From positions 1-62,967 of the forward strand of contig CAYURH010000003.1 of NCBI GenBank assembly GCA_964447105.1: a DNA stretch of 62,967 nt, in the 5' to 3' direction. The notes below the pieces were generated by a model. The model was not told the DNA's origin, did not search any database, and was given only the letters and a program-made list of their open reading frames with translations. The stretch comes from an uncultured Candidatus Saccharibacteria bacterium. Lineage in GTDB: Bacteria > Patescibacteriota > Saccharimonadia > Saccharimonadales > EFPC-124. Position numbers and translations under genes: made by a program. This document shows positions 53,838 to 62,300 of this stretch, one piece after another; the stretch's first letter is position 1, and every line of letters starts with the position of its first letter.

Positions 53838-55190
53838 ATGAAAAACGCATTGTGGCAAACCGTCTTAGGTGAAATTGAGTTGAGCGTTAGTCGCGCCAGC
53901 TTTGTTACCTGGTTTAAAAACACCGAACTTATCGACAACGACGGCGGGAATATCACGATCGGCGTGCCCAATATCTTTGCCAAACAACAGCTCGAGATCA
54001 AATTCGCCGAGCAAATTAGCGGCATACTCAACAAAAATGGAGTATCGGTGCAGTCACTCAGCTTTGCTATCAGCTCAAGCGTCAAAAAGCCTCGCACCAC
54101 TGATCGCGCCGCTTCTGCGACCGCCACGCCAACATTCATCGCGACCACTGAACCCAAAAGGACCTCCACCCCATCTAACGCCCTAAATCCACGCTACACA
54201 TTCGAAACATTCATAGTTGGATCCAGCAATGAACTAGCATATAGCGCCTGCATGGCGGCGGCGCGTGAACCAGGCACCAAATACAACCCCCTCTTCTTAT
54301 ACGGCGGTGTGGGTTTGGGTAAAACTCACCTCATGCAAGCAGTTGGCCATGAAGTAAGCCGCAAAAACCCCAGCGCGCGTGTCTTATATATATCGTGCGA
54401 AACATTTGTAAATGATTTTGTGGATCACATCAAATTCAAGAAAAAAGGGTTTGCCGATCGCTACCGCAACGTAGACGTGCTTATAGTCGATGATATGCAA
54501 TTTATCGCCGGCAAAGAGAAGACTCAAGAAGAATTCTTCCACACCTTCAACGCCCTCCACCAAGCCAATAAGCAGATCATTCTGAGCTCCGACAAACCCC
54601 CCAAAGCCATCCCAACCCTCGAAGACCGTTTGCGCAGCCGTTTTGAATGGGGTATGGCAATCGACATTGCCGCGCCAGATTTTGAAACCCGCTGTGCTAT
54701 TTTGCAAACCAAAGCCAACCAGTCCGGCGCTAGCTTGGGCCGCGAGACTGTGGAATATCTAGCCACCAACATTCAAACAAACATCCGCGAACTCGAGGGG
54801 GCGCTCAACCAGCTTCTAGCATTCTGCGAAATGCGCGGTGTGGCGCCCGACCTGGCCACCGCTCAGGGATTGCTCGGCAGCGCTCGTGCGACTCGCCCCC
54901 ATCACCTGACGCCCAAACAGATTATCGAAAAAACCGCTCGCCATTTCCAACTCGAAGCACCCGACATCTGCAGTCCCAAACGCGACAAACACATTGTGGT
55001 GCCGCGCCAGATCGCCATGTACCTGCTGCGGAGCGAGCTTCATCTGAGTTTCCCCAAAATCGCCAGCGAGCTAGGGCGCAAAGACCACACTACCGCCATC
55101 CACTCCGTGGACAAGATCGAAAAAGCAATCAAGCTCGATTACATTGTGCGGCAGCAAATAACGGATATTCGGGACAGATTGTATGCCTAG
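53838..55190 (+). CDS. dnaA: Chromosomal replication initiator protein DnaA
   Basis: ATG 53838 follows GGAGGGG. FLYGGVGLGKTHLMQAVG, LIVDDMQFIAGKE, and the C-terminal DNA-binding region VVPRQIAMYLLR...DHTTAIHS. Confidence 0.96.
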   Translation: MKNALWQTVLGEIELSVSRASFVTWFKNTELIDNDGGNITIGVPNIFAKQQLEIKFAEQISGILNKNGVSVQSLSFAISSSVKKPRTTDRAASATATPTFIATTEPKRTSTPSNALNPRYTFETFIVGSSNELAYSACMAAAREPGTKYNPLFLYGGVGLGKTHLMQAVGHEVSRKNPSARVLYISCETFVNDFVDHIKFKKKGFADRYRNVDVLIVDDMQFIAGKEKTQEEFFHTFNALHQANKQIILSSDKPPKAIPTLEDRLRSRFEWGMAIDIAAPDFETRCAILQTKANQSGASLGRETVEYLATNIQTNIRELEGALNQLLAFCEMRGVAPDLATAQGLLGSARATRPHHLTPKQIIEKTARHFQLEAPDICSPKRDKHIVVPRQIAMYLLRSELHLSFPKIASELGRKDHTTAIHSVDKIEKAIKLDYIVRQQITDIRDRLYA

Positions 55191-55596
55191 CTGGTTTTCG
55201 CTTTTCGGCAGCCGGGAGTGGCGTCCGGCGGGGCAGCACCCACAAAGTATTTTTGGCGTGTCCCGACAAAAATATTTTGTGGGGCGGACCGGACGACAGG
55301 ACCCGCGGTGTACTTTACCGGGCCTACTGCGCAAAACATGTGCAAAAATTGTGCGCAGCGCGTGGGCAAACCGTGGGACAACAATCCACAGACTCCACAG
55401 TACATGCCAGAACAGTCACTCACGCAGCAAACTTTCCACCACCCAATCCACCTATTCCCCATCACTCCTCACACACGCTTTACACACCCAAATTGACCCA
55501 AACCCATCTGTAAATCCACTCTTTTCCCCACAATCCACACACCTTATTACTACTTACTACTATTTATATATAAAGAATTAAGAAGGAGCACCTAAC
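55191..55596. promoter_or_regulatory. dnaA-dnaN spacer: candidate oriC part 2 (DnaA-box cluster plus AT-rich unwinding element)
   Basis: There are same-orientation ATCCAC(A) cores at about 55384, 55445, 55513 and 55533, plus TCCACA at about 55394. They lie in a G-poor C/A-rich tract. An AT-rich stretch ttattactacttactactatttatatataaagaatt follows at about 55545-55580. Confidence 0.7.
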
Positions 55597-56694
55597 ATGA
55601 AGCTGATTGTCACCCAAGAAAATCTCAGCCGCGCTCTACAGACTGTAGGCCGAGTTGCTTCTGGCAAAACTCCCCTCCCTATTTTGAATAACATTTTGCT
55701 TCGTACTGACAGCAACCGTTTACTGTTAGCAGCGACTAACTTGGAGTTGGCTATCACCCAACACGTTGGGAGCAAAATCGAAGCCGAAGGCAGTATCACC
55801 GTCCCCGCTCGGCTGATGACTGAGTTTGTGGCCAACCTACCCAAAGGCAATGTGGAGCTCGAAGCTGACGACACCAAAATCCACATCTCGTGTGGTGCCT
55901 ACAAATCCACCATCAATGGCATGGCGCCTGATGAATTCCCTGAACTTCCCGCTATTACCGAACAACAAGTTATTACAGTCCCTGTCGCCGACCTCAAGCG
56001 AGCTATTCAACAAACAGCGCTTGTGGCCTCTACCGACGACACGCGCCCAGTACTGACTGGTATCTATTGTCATTCGTTTGAAGGTAATGTCTACTTTGCT
56101 GCAACCGATGGCTATCGCCTAGCTGAACGTAAATTGGTAGCTAGCGACCAAACCATAGCTGCTATCATTCCTGTGACCGCCCTCAACGACGTGTTACGGG
56201 TGATCGCCGAAGACATGGCCGAAACCAAAATGGTGTTCGACGACAACCAAGTGCGTATCTACCTCGACGACATCGAAATCACGTCGCGTCTGATCGATGG
56301 CAACTTCCCGGACTATCGACAGCTCATACCTAAAGTAAATGATATTGGTATCACTCTCCCTAAAGACGAGTTTGCGCGTATCACCAAAGTGGCGAGTTTG
56401 TTTGCTCGGGAATCTGGCGGCAGTGTCACGCTCAAAGCTGATGCCACTACAAACAAGCTGAGTATCCACTCGGTAGCTTCGCAGCTCGGCGAGAATACGT
56501 CCGAAGCCGACGCCGAAATCACGGCTGACGGTCAGGTCACGTTGAATTCGCGTTATTTGCTGGAAGCGCTCGGTTGCATTGATGGCAAAAAAGTATCGTT
56601 TCGTACCAGTGGCAAAGTCTCGCCCTGTGTGCTAACGGCCGCCGACAACGACGATACTGGCTATCAGCACATCATCATGCCGCTCAAGAGCTAG
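55597..56694 (+). CDS. dnaN: DNA polymerase III beta sliding clamp
   Basis: MKLIVTQENLSRALQTVGRVASGKTPLPILNNILL...TDGYRLAER...QHIIMPLK. Confidence 0.95.
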   Translation: MKLIVTQENLSRALQTVGRVASGKTPLPILNNILLRTDSNRLLLAATNLELAITQHVGSKIEAEGSITVPARLMTEFVANLPKGNVELEADDTKIHISCGAYKSTINGMAPDEFPELPAITEQQVITVPVADLKRAIQQTALVASTDDTRPVLTGIYCHSFEGNVYFAATDGYRLAERKLVASDQTIAAIIPVTALNDVLRVIAEDMAETKMVFDDNQVRIYLDDIEITSRLIDGNFPDYRQLIPKVNDIGITLPKDEFARITKVASLFARESGGSVTLKADATTNKLSIHSVASQLGENTSEADAEITADGQVTLNSRYLLEALGCIDGKKVSFRTSGKVSPCVLTAADNDDTGYQHIIMPLKS

Positions 56695-56699
56695 CCGCT

Positions 56700-57770
56700 G
56701 TGGCCTACCATTCTCTAAGGCTGCAATCATTCCGCTCCTATGTTGATTATGCTGTGGAATTTTCGCCTGGTGTAAACATTGTGGTGGGGCCAAACGGCAG
56801 CGGCAAGACCAATTTGCTCGAAGCGCTATTTGTGCTGTCTACCGGCAGCTCGTTCCGTGGCGCTGACCGTGATCTGTTGCAACACAGTAAAGAATGGTTC
56901 CGGCTAGACGGGTTGTGGGAAAATCAGCAGCGCGTCATGACGTACCGTGTGTTGAATGAAAAATTCGAAAAGCAATTCGTACTGGACGGCGCCAAGAAAG
57001 CTCGCCTGGTGCACTCACAGCGCGTGCCAGTGGTATTGTTTGAGCCAGACCATCTGCGATTACTGCGCGCTTCGCCTACTCTACGCCGCGAATATATTGA
57101 TTCCCTGGCGGCCAAACTGCAGCCGGATTTTACCTGGCTTAAGCACCAGTTCGATCGCGCGCTGCTGCAGCGAAATAATATACTGAAGCGACGCTTGCCG
57201 CCGCACGCACGCGACGACCAACTATTTGTGTGGGATATCAAATTCGCCGAACTGGCCGAACAGGTGGTGACGCGCCGCCAAACGCTCATTGCTCAGCTCG
57301 ATGCCCAGTTGGAACAAATGTATTCACAAATTGCCCATAAGTCGAGTCGTGCACACATAGCGTATGTTTCATCGTCTCCCCTGGCCGACTATCGCGCGGG
57401 GCTCCTTAAAACACTGACGGATAATGTGGAGCGCGATCAGCAGCGCGGCTTCACTGGCGCCGGGCCACAGCGTGATGATTTTTGGATCGAGCTCAATGAC
57501 TCCCCTGCTGCTACTACGGCATCACGAGGTGAAATGCGTAGTCTCCTGATTGCGCTCAAGATGATCGAACTGCGGCTCGTCGAAGCCCAAAGTAGCCAGT
57601 CTCCATTACTCCTTATGGATGACGTATTTAGTGAGCTCGACACATCGCGTCGCCGAGCGCTGGCTGAACTGGCCAAAAGTCATCAGACACTTATTACCAC
57701 CACTGATGCTGATGCGATCGTGGAGCATTTCCTTAACGACTATAGGGTGATTTCGACTGAACCGAAGTAG
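56700..57770 (+). CDS. recF: DNA replication and repair protein RecF
   Basis: GTG start. Walker A is GPNGSGKTNLLEA. Also GAGPQRDDF and Walker B LLLMDDVFSELD. Confidence 0.93.
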   Translation: MAYHSLRLQSFRSYVDYAVEFSPGVNIVVGPNGSGKTNLLEALFVLSTGSSFRGADRDLLQHSKEWFRLDGLWENQQRVMTYRVLNEKFEKQFVLDGAKKARLVHSQRVPVVLFEPDHLRLLRASPTLRREYIDSLAAKLQPDFTWLKHQFDRALLQRNNILKRRLPPHARDDQLFVWDIKFAELAEQVVTRRQTLIAQLDAQLEQMYSQIAHKSSRAHIAYVSSSPLADYRAGLLKTLTDNVERDQQRGFTGAGPQRDDFWIELNDSPAATTASRGEMRSLLIALKMIELRLVEAQSSQSPLLLMDDVFSELDTSRRRALAELAKSHQTLITTTDADAIVEHFLNDYRVISTEPK

Positions 57771-57772
57771 CG

Positions 57773-58426
57773 CTACTGGTTAGGGTCTGGTTCGTAAGTG
57801 ATGACTACATTGTCGAGATTGACGCCGTTGTCGGTGAGGAATTTCAGTGCTTCAGCCTGGTATGTTTTGAGGTCTGCTTTGTATTGCGCAAGCTGGCTGG
57901 GGCGGTTCAAGATGGCGTTGAGGGTGATGGTGAGATAGAGCTTTTTGTTACTGGCGTCGTATGTCGTGTAATCGATCTTGTAGTTAATTGTTTCTTGGGG
58001 TAATTTATCGACAATTGGAAATTCTTTGGGGATGTCGGTTTGAATCTCTTCTGCCCTTTGGCTGCCAAAAGCCTCTCGAATCGCCTGATCGTCGGGATGG
58101 TCTTTGAGCCACTGCAGTCCCTTCTCGCCGTCTGGTTCGAGAATAATATAAATTGTTTTTTCGGCCTCTATCGTTTTAGTGTCGATTGTTTTAGTTGCTT
58201 CAAAGAAATACTGATGGCTCACTTTAAAGCTGTGTGTGCCGGGTGTAATCCAAATATCGCCTAAACTTGCTGGTTGGCCGTCCATGAGTACTGTGGAGTC
58301 TTTTGGTGAAGCAAGTATTTTTACATTTATCTTACCGATACGCGACAATAGTGGTATGACGATGAGTAGGATGATAATCACCCCTACTGCAACACTACCG
58401 ATAATCCAAAGTCGTTTTTTGTTCAT
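57773..58426 (-). CDS. Membrane-anchored protein with PEGA-like domain
   Basis: From ATG 58426, preceded by GGAAGG: MNKKRLWIIGSVAVGVIIILLIVIPLL, then KILASPKDSTVLMDGQPASLGDIWITPGTHSFKVSHQYF. It is the last gene of the T4SS-associated operon. Confidence 0.55.
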   Translation of the reverse strand: MNKKRLWIIGSVAVGVIIILLIVIPLLSRIGKINVKILASPKDSTVLMDGQPASLGDIWITPGTHSFKVSHQYFFEATKTIDTKTIEAEKTIYIILEPDGEKGLQWLKDHPDDQAIREAFGSQRAEEIQTDIPKEFPIVDKLPQETINYKIDYTTYDASNKKLYLTITLNAILNRPSQLAQYKADLKTYQAEALKFLTDNGVNLDNVVITYEPDPNQ

Positions 58427-58427
58427 A

Positions 58428-59654
58428 TTATTTAACCTTCCTGTACCAAGTGGCGCCAGATTCAAAATATGTACGACTAGACATTGGCGTGCGCCAGTCA
58501 TCGTTACCTTCGCGGTCAAATGAGGCAGACGCCGAATCGTATTGCCAACCTTTTAGCTTGCCGATGTAGATATAGGTGTGTACTGCGCCTGGAGCAATAT
58601 AAATATCTCCTGGTTGTCGTGGAGCTTTATTGGAGACCGTCACATATTTGCCTGATTTCTCAATGTAGTTTTGCTGCTCTGTAACGGGTCCTTGATTCTT
58701 GTTGTAATCTGGGTCGGTTTTGCTATTGCGCATAAGTTGTGTGACAAAACCACCGCAGTCGATACCGGGATGTATACCGCCACCCACGTATGAGTCGCCT
58801 GTTCTTTTCGCTAGGTCAACGGCGTCTTTGTAAGGAGATGTTGCGTAGCCGGCAGGTTTATAAAATTCAAACCAGTTAGCTTCGTGGTATGTCGGCCACG
58901 CATACAGTAATGCGAGCTGCTGTAGGTCGCCTGAGACAACAGTTCCTGTACAGCCGCCGTTAGGTGCAGACGAGCCTCCGAGCGCAACGTACACAGTGTA
59001 TGCGCCCAACCGCTCGCCGTCTGATCGCCCGGCAAGTGTTTCGCCTGGGATATTTGGAAAGATCATGTGGTTGTGAGCTTCGTCGAAGTTGTTCATGACG
59101 TATGGTGATGTGTCGACCGGCTGATTAGCGTTTTTGTAAGAATAACCACGGTTGTAGGTCAGGAAAGCACTTTTTACCTGCTCGTCGGTCATAGGTTTAG
59201 TGACATCAACATCATAGACGCCTTTGGCGAGGCCTTTGAGAATTTTGCTGCCCATAATGACACTCTCGAGTTTGGTTTTTGGAGCGAGGTCGGGATGGTC
59301 GACGCTGGGTTGTCCAAGCGGCTCTCCGCCGAGCATCGAGGCGTTCGGGCGATTATTGTCTTCACGGTAATCAAGCGCGGCGAAAATCTCCCATCGAATA
59401 TTGGTTTGCTGTGCAGCCTGTTCGTATACCGGTTTTAAGGCGTTAATGGCATTGATCGCTGCTTCCGACAGTTTGGGGCTTCCGGTTTGCGTGACTGGTT
59501 GCGAAGACCCAGAATAGCAGCCTTCGGCAACTTCGTAACCTGTCTTGCCGCCATTGATCAATTCGTCTTGCGTTAGGCCCGTGGCGTACGCTGGTGTGCG
59601 AACTGTCAAAAGTGTCAACAGAACCAGCAGTGTGTTTCGCAGGAATCGTTTCAT
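58428..59654 (-). CDS. Secreted cell-wall hydrolase with C-terminal NlpC/P60-CHAP-type cysteine peptidase (PrgK/TcpG-like T4SS hydrolase candidate)
   Basis: It has a signal peptide. The C-terminal GIDCGGFVTQLM (Cys) ... GDIYIAPGAVHTYIYIG (His) fits the papain-like amidase pattern. The N-terminal half is unassigned. Confidence 0.6.
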   Translation of the reverse strand: MKRFLRNTLLVLLTLLTVRTPAYATGLTQDELINGGKTGYEVAEGCYSGSSQPVTQTGSPKLSEAAINAINALKPVYEQAAQQTNIRWEIFAALDYREDNNRPNASMLGGEPLGQPSVDHPDLAPKTKLESVIMGSKILKGLAKGVYDVDVTKPMTDEQVKSAFLTYNRGYSYKNANQPVDTSPYVMNNFDEAHNHMIFPNIPGETLAGRSDGERLGAYTVYVALGGSSAPNGGCTGTVVSGDLQQLALLYAWPTYHEANWFEFYKPAGYATSPYKDAVDLAKRTGDSYVGGGIHPGIDCGGFVTQLMRNSKTDPDYNKNQGPVTEQQNYIEKSGKYVTVSNKAPRQPGDIYIAPGAVHTYIYIGKLKGWQYDSASASFDREGNDDWRTPMSSRTYFESGATWYRKVK

Positions 59655-62282
59655 CTACAACCCTTTCGCCACCGCTGCGTCATACCCTAAATATCGTGCC
59701 AACCAACCATCCATTACCCAGTTATCACCAACGCACATGTTTTGGCCGCTGGTTGTGGGGCAAGTGCTGCCATTGGCGCTGAGCTCACTGGCCACGTTGT
59801 TGTCGAGAAGCGCTTGCGTGGTGAAACCGAAATTGGTAGCTATGCCGGCGATCGTTGACCCACCGTCGTCCCCTGCCGCGCGAGCTGGTTGGCTGTAGAT
59901 TCGGCCCAAATTACTGGGCAATGATTTGATGATCGAGAAGAATCCATTGAACGCAGCGGCCATGTTTTCGGATGATTTGTATGGGAGTGGTGAGCGCAAG
60001 ATAGCCATGTTGATAAACGAGTTTGGCACATCGCGATTAAACAGACGATCGGTCCATGGCAGTGTGGCCATGTATGAAGCTTGCTCTTTGTCGTTGATGG
60101 CGCGGATGTCACGCATTTCGGCTGCTGTCAGGTTGTCGGCACACCCTGCTTTTTTGCAGGTGTCCTGGGCGATTACTTGGTAACCGGTGACTAGGTAGTT
60201 ACCGTAATCCTGTGTCTGGTCTGACGGGTCGTACACCGGCAGGGTGAGTTTCGAGGACATGCCAAACGACGTGGCGATCACTGATATGATGGGTGAATTT
60301 ATGAATTTCGCGAACAGATCTTTGACAATGGGAATTTTGGTGACGGCCAGGCTGAATATAGTGTAGATAGGCGTGTTGGTGGCAATGTTTATGAATAGGT
60401 TTAGGGCTGTGGAGCGGATTGTTTTCCATGCTCCTAGGATGGGGAGACTATCAAGCAGTGATGGGTGGGCAGTCTTCCAGCCTTCGTAGAACAATTTCAT
60501 GGGGTTAGCTGAATTACTGTTGATCTTCTCGTCGGCGGATAGCCCTTTGCCTTGGCCGGCGTCGTCGTATGCGACATAGTTGTAACCCTGGGAGCCTTCA
60601 ATTTCGTGAAAGTTACGGTTGAATACGTTGGTGACTTCTGGCGACAGATCATCGGCGCCGCCCTGGTCTTGTGTGCTCCATTGGAATAGGGCTACGCTGC
60701 CAGCCAGGTTCGTGCGCTGTTTAACGGGGAGTTGAGCGTAGTCGGGATTGTCTTGTACTGTTTCAGCAGCCGTGGAAAAATCCAACCATCCGAGCATCGG
60801 CAATGTAGCGGTGTTGAGCGACTTGTTCATATCGGACGACACGCGCTCGTCGAGCCGGGGTACGTCATAGCCGTTTTCTGCTTTGATATCGTTCATATTG
60901 GCGTCAAGGGCGGTTTGTGCGGCTTTTTGAATCGAAGACGTTTCATTGTCTTGAAGTACCTTGGTAGCGGGTGCGTCACCACTAGCCTTGCCGCCATCGG
61001 GCTTGCAATTTTCGGTGCTGGTAAAGCACGTTATGGTTTGTCCCATACCGGCCATCCAGGGTGCTATAAGAGTAGTCAGGCGGTACTTCACTGCATTGGT
61101 GATGCCGTCGGTGGTATTGGCTTTGCCGTCAGGAATGTGTAACTGAGGAACGTTGTATGTGGTTTTGGCGGGTCTCGCTACCTTGAAATGCTCCGTCCAG
61201 TTCCAGGCGTGTACTTCGTCGTTGATAACTTGGCTGGTATATGCAGGGTGATCACGCAAAATTTGGGTGGCTTGTGAGGCGTTGGCTGCTACGCCAATCG
61301 ATTGGCCGTCTTTATTGATGCTTATTGTGCCTGCCCGTGGACCACGAGTGAATGTCATGTTGTATTGGTCTTTGACTCGCTGCTCAAAACCTTTTTTGCG
61401 CATGGCGTCGAAAAGCTCGCCGGATTTACCAGTGGTGATATCGTGACCGTCGGATTTGGCGGCGTCAGAGCCAGAGAAAACATATTGGCCGAGTATGCCG
61501 TATGATCGGCTGGACGTGAGTGCAGAAAGTGGTGCGAGGGCTTTGTCGCGGGCAGACTTAGTGAATACCTGACCTTTGAATAACCCGATGATAAATAGCG
61601 ATCCAAGAAGAGCGGTAAGCCCTGCCAATGCAATACCGGTTGCGATTTGGTACTTATGTTTGGCGACAAACGGTGCAGCCGCCACTGTAGCCGCCCCTGC
61701 GCTTACCGCCAAACTGACACCGGCTGTTTCTGGTGCGCCTGCAATACCGACGCCAGCAACCGTTGCCGCCCCTCCTTCGAGCGCGGCACCGCCAGCCGCG
61801 GCACCAGCTACTCCAGCAGTAGTGGCGGTGGTAGCACCGCCCGCTAAAGCTTCGGTGCCAGCTGTTCCGGCTGCACGGACTCCTTGTTCGGCTGTTTGTT
61901 TGCCGGCTTGTTGTAAGCCGTGCCGTGCTCCCTGCCCCAGTTCTTCGGCGCCTTTGCGTGCACCACTACTGAAGCGGTCGCGCGCATTGCTTGCCAGTCT
62001 GCGACCGCCTTTGTGCAGTCGTTCGTTTGCTTCGTCTTCGAGTCGACCTTTTACTTCATCTTTGGCTCGTTCACGCAGGTTTGGCCCACGACTATCGTCG
62101 TCGTCAGAATCGCCAACGCTAAAATATCCACCGCCACCATACCGTGAATCGGGCGCGGCATTGCCATATTTGGGTTGCCCTAGATCGTGCAAAGGCGCCG
62201 AATCGCCACCTGGCGTATGGAAATCTGGATGCTCTTCAGCGTGACGGAGTTCGTCTAACGGGTCGATGGGTGCGTGTGCCAT
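59655..62282 (-). CDS. 875-aa membrane protein of the T4SS-associated operon, unknown family
   Basis: It has a charged, disordered N-terminus, then an Ala/Gly-rich hydrophobic region with TM helices (IATGIALAGLTALLGSLFIIGLF), then an about 640-aa extracytoplasmic part. It lies directly downstream of the VirB4-like ATPase. Confidence 0.55.
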   Translation of the reverse strand: MAHAPIDPLDELRHAEEHPDFHTPGGDSAPLHDLGQPKYGNAAPDSRYGGGGYFSVGDSDDDDSRGPNLRERAKDEVKGRLEDEANERLHKGGRRLASNARDRFSSGARKGAEELGQGARHGLQQAGKQTAEQGVRAAGTAGTEALAGGATTATTAGVAGAAAGGAALEGGAATVAGVGIAGAPETAGVSLAVSAGAATVAAAPFVAKHKYQIATGIALAGLTALLGSLFIIGLFKGQVFTKSARDKALAPLSALTSSRSYGILGQYVFSGSDAAKSDGHDITTGKSGELFDAMRKKGFEQRVKDQYNMTFTRGPRAGTISINKDGQSIGVAANASQATQILRDHPAYTSQVINDEVHAWNWTEHFKVARPAKTTYNVPQLHIPDGKANTTDGITNAVKYRLTTLIAPWMAGMGQTITCFTSTENCKPDGGKASGDAPATKVLQDNETSSIQKAAQTALDANMNDIKAENGYDVPRLDERVSSDMNKSLNTATLPMLGWLDFSTAAETVQDNPDYAQLPVKQRTNLAGSVALFQWSTQDQGGADDLSPEVTNVFNRNFHEIEGSQGYNYVAYDDAGQGKGLSADEKINSNSANPMKLFYEGWKTAHPSLLDSLPILGAWKTIRSTALNLFINIATNTPIYTIFSLAVTKIPIVKDLFAKFINSPIISVIATSFGMSSKLTLPVYDPSDQTQDYGNYLVTGYQVIAQDTCKKAGCADNLTAAEMRDIRAINDKEQASYMATLPWTDRLFNRDVPNSFINMAILRSPLPYKSSENMAAAFNGFFSIIKSLPSNLGRIYSQPARAAGDDGGSTIAGIATNFGFTTQALLDNNVASELSANGSTCPTTSGQNMCVGDNWVMDGWLARYLGYDAAVAKGL

Positions 62283-62300
62283 GGGTCGAGGTCCTTTACT

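Noticed and set aside
55183-55581. Five overlapping ORFs of 82-132 aa on both strands between dnaA and dnaN (55071-55334, 55183-55581, 55187-55465, 55218-55496, 55253-55513)
   Set aside because: They overlap one another in several frames within a strongly skewed, G-poor tract that carries DnaA-box cores. Such stop-free reading in many frames at once is a composition artefact of the origin spacer, not evidence of coding.
61576-62244. 222-aa plus-strand ORF rich in Ala/Pro/Ser
   Set aside because: It is antisense to the Ala/Gly-rich N-terminal region of the 875-aa T4SS-associated protein. GCN-rich coding sequence leaves the opposite strand free of stops. No RBS or independent support was seen.
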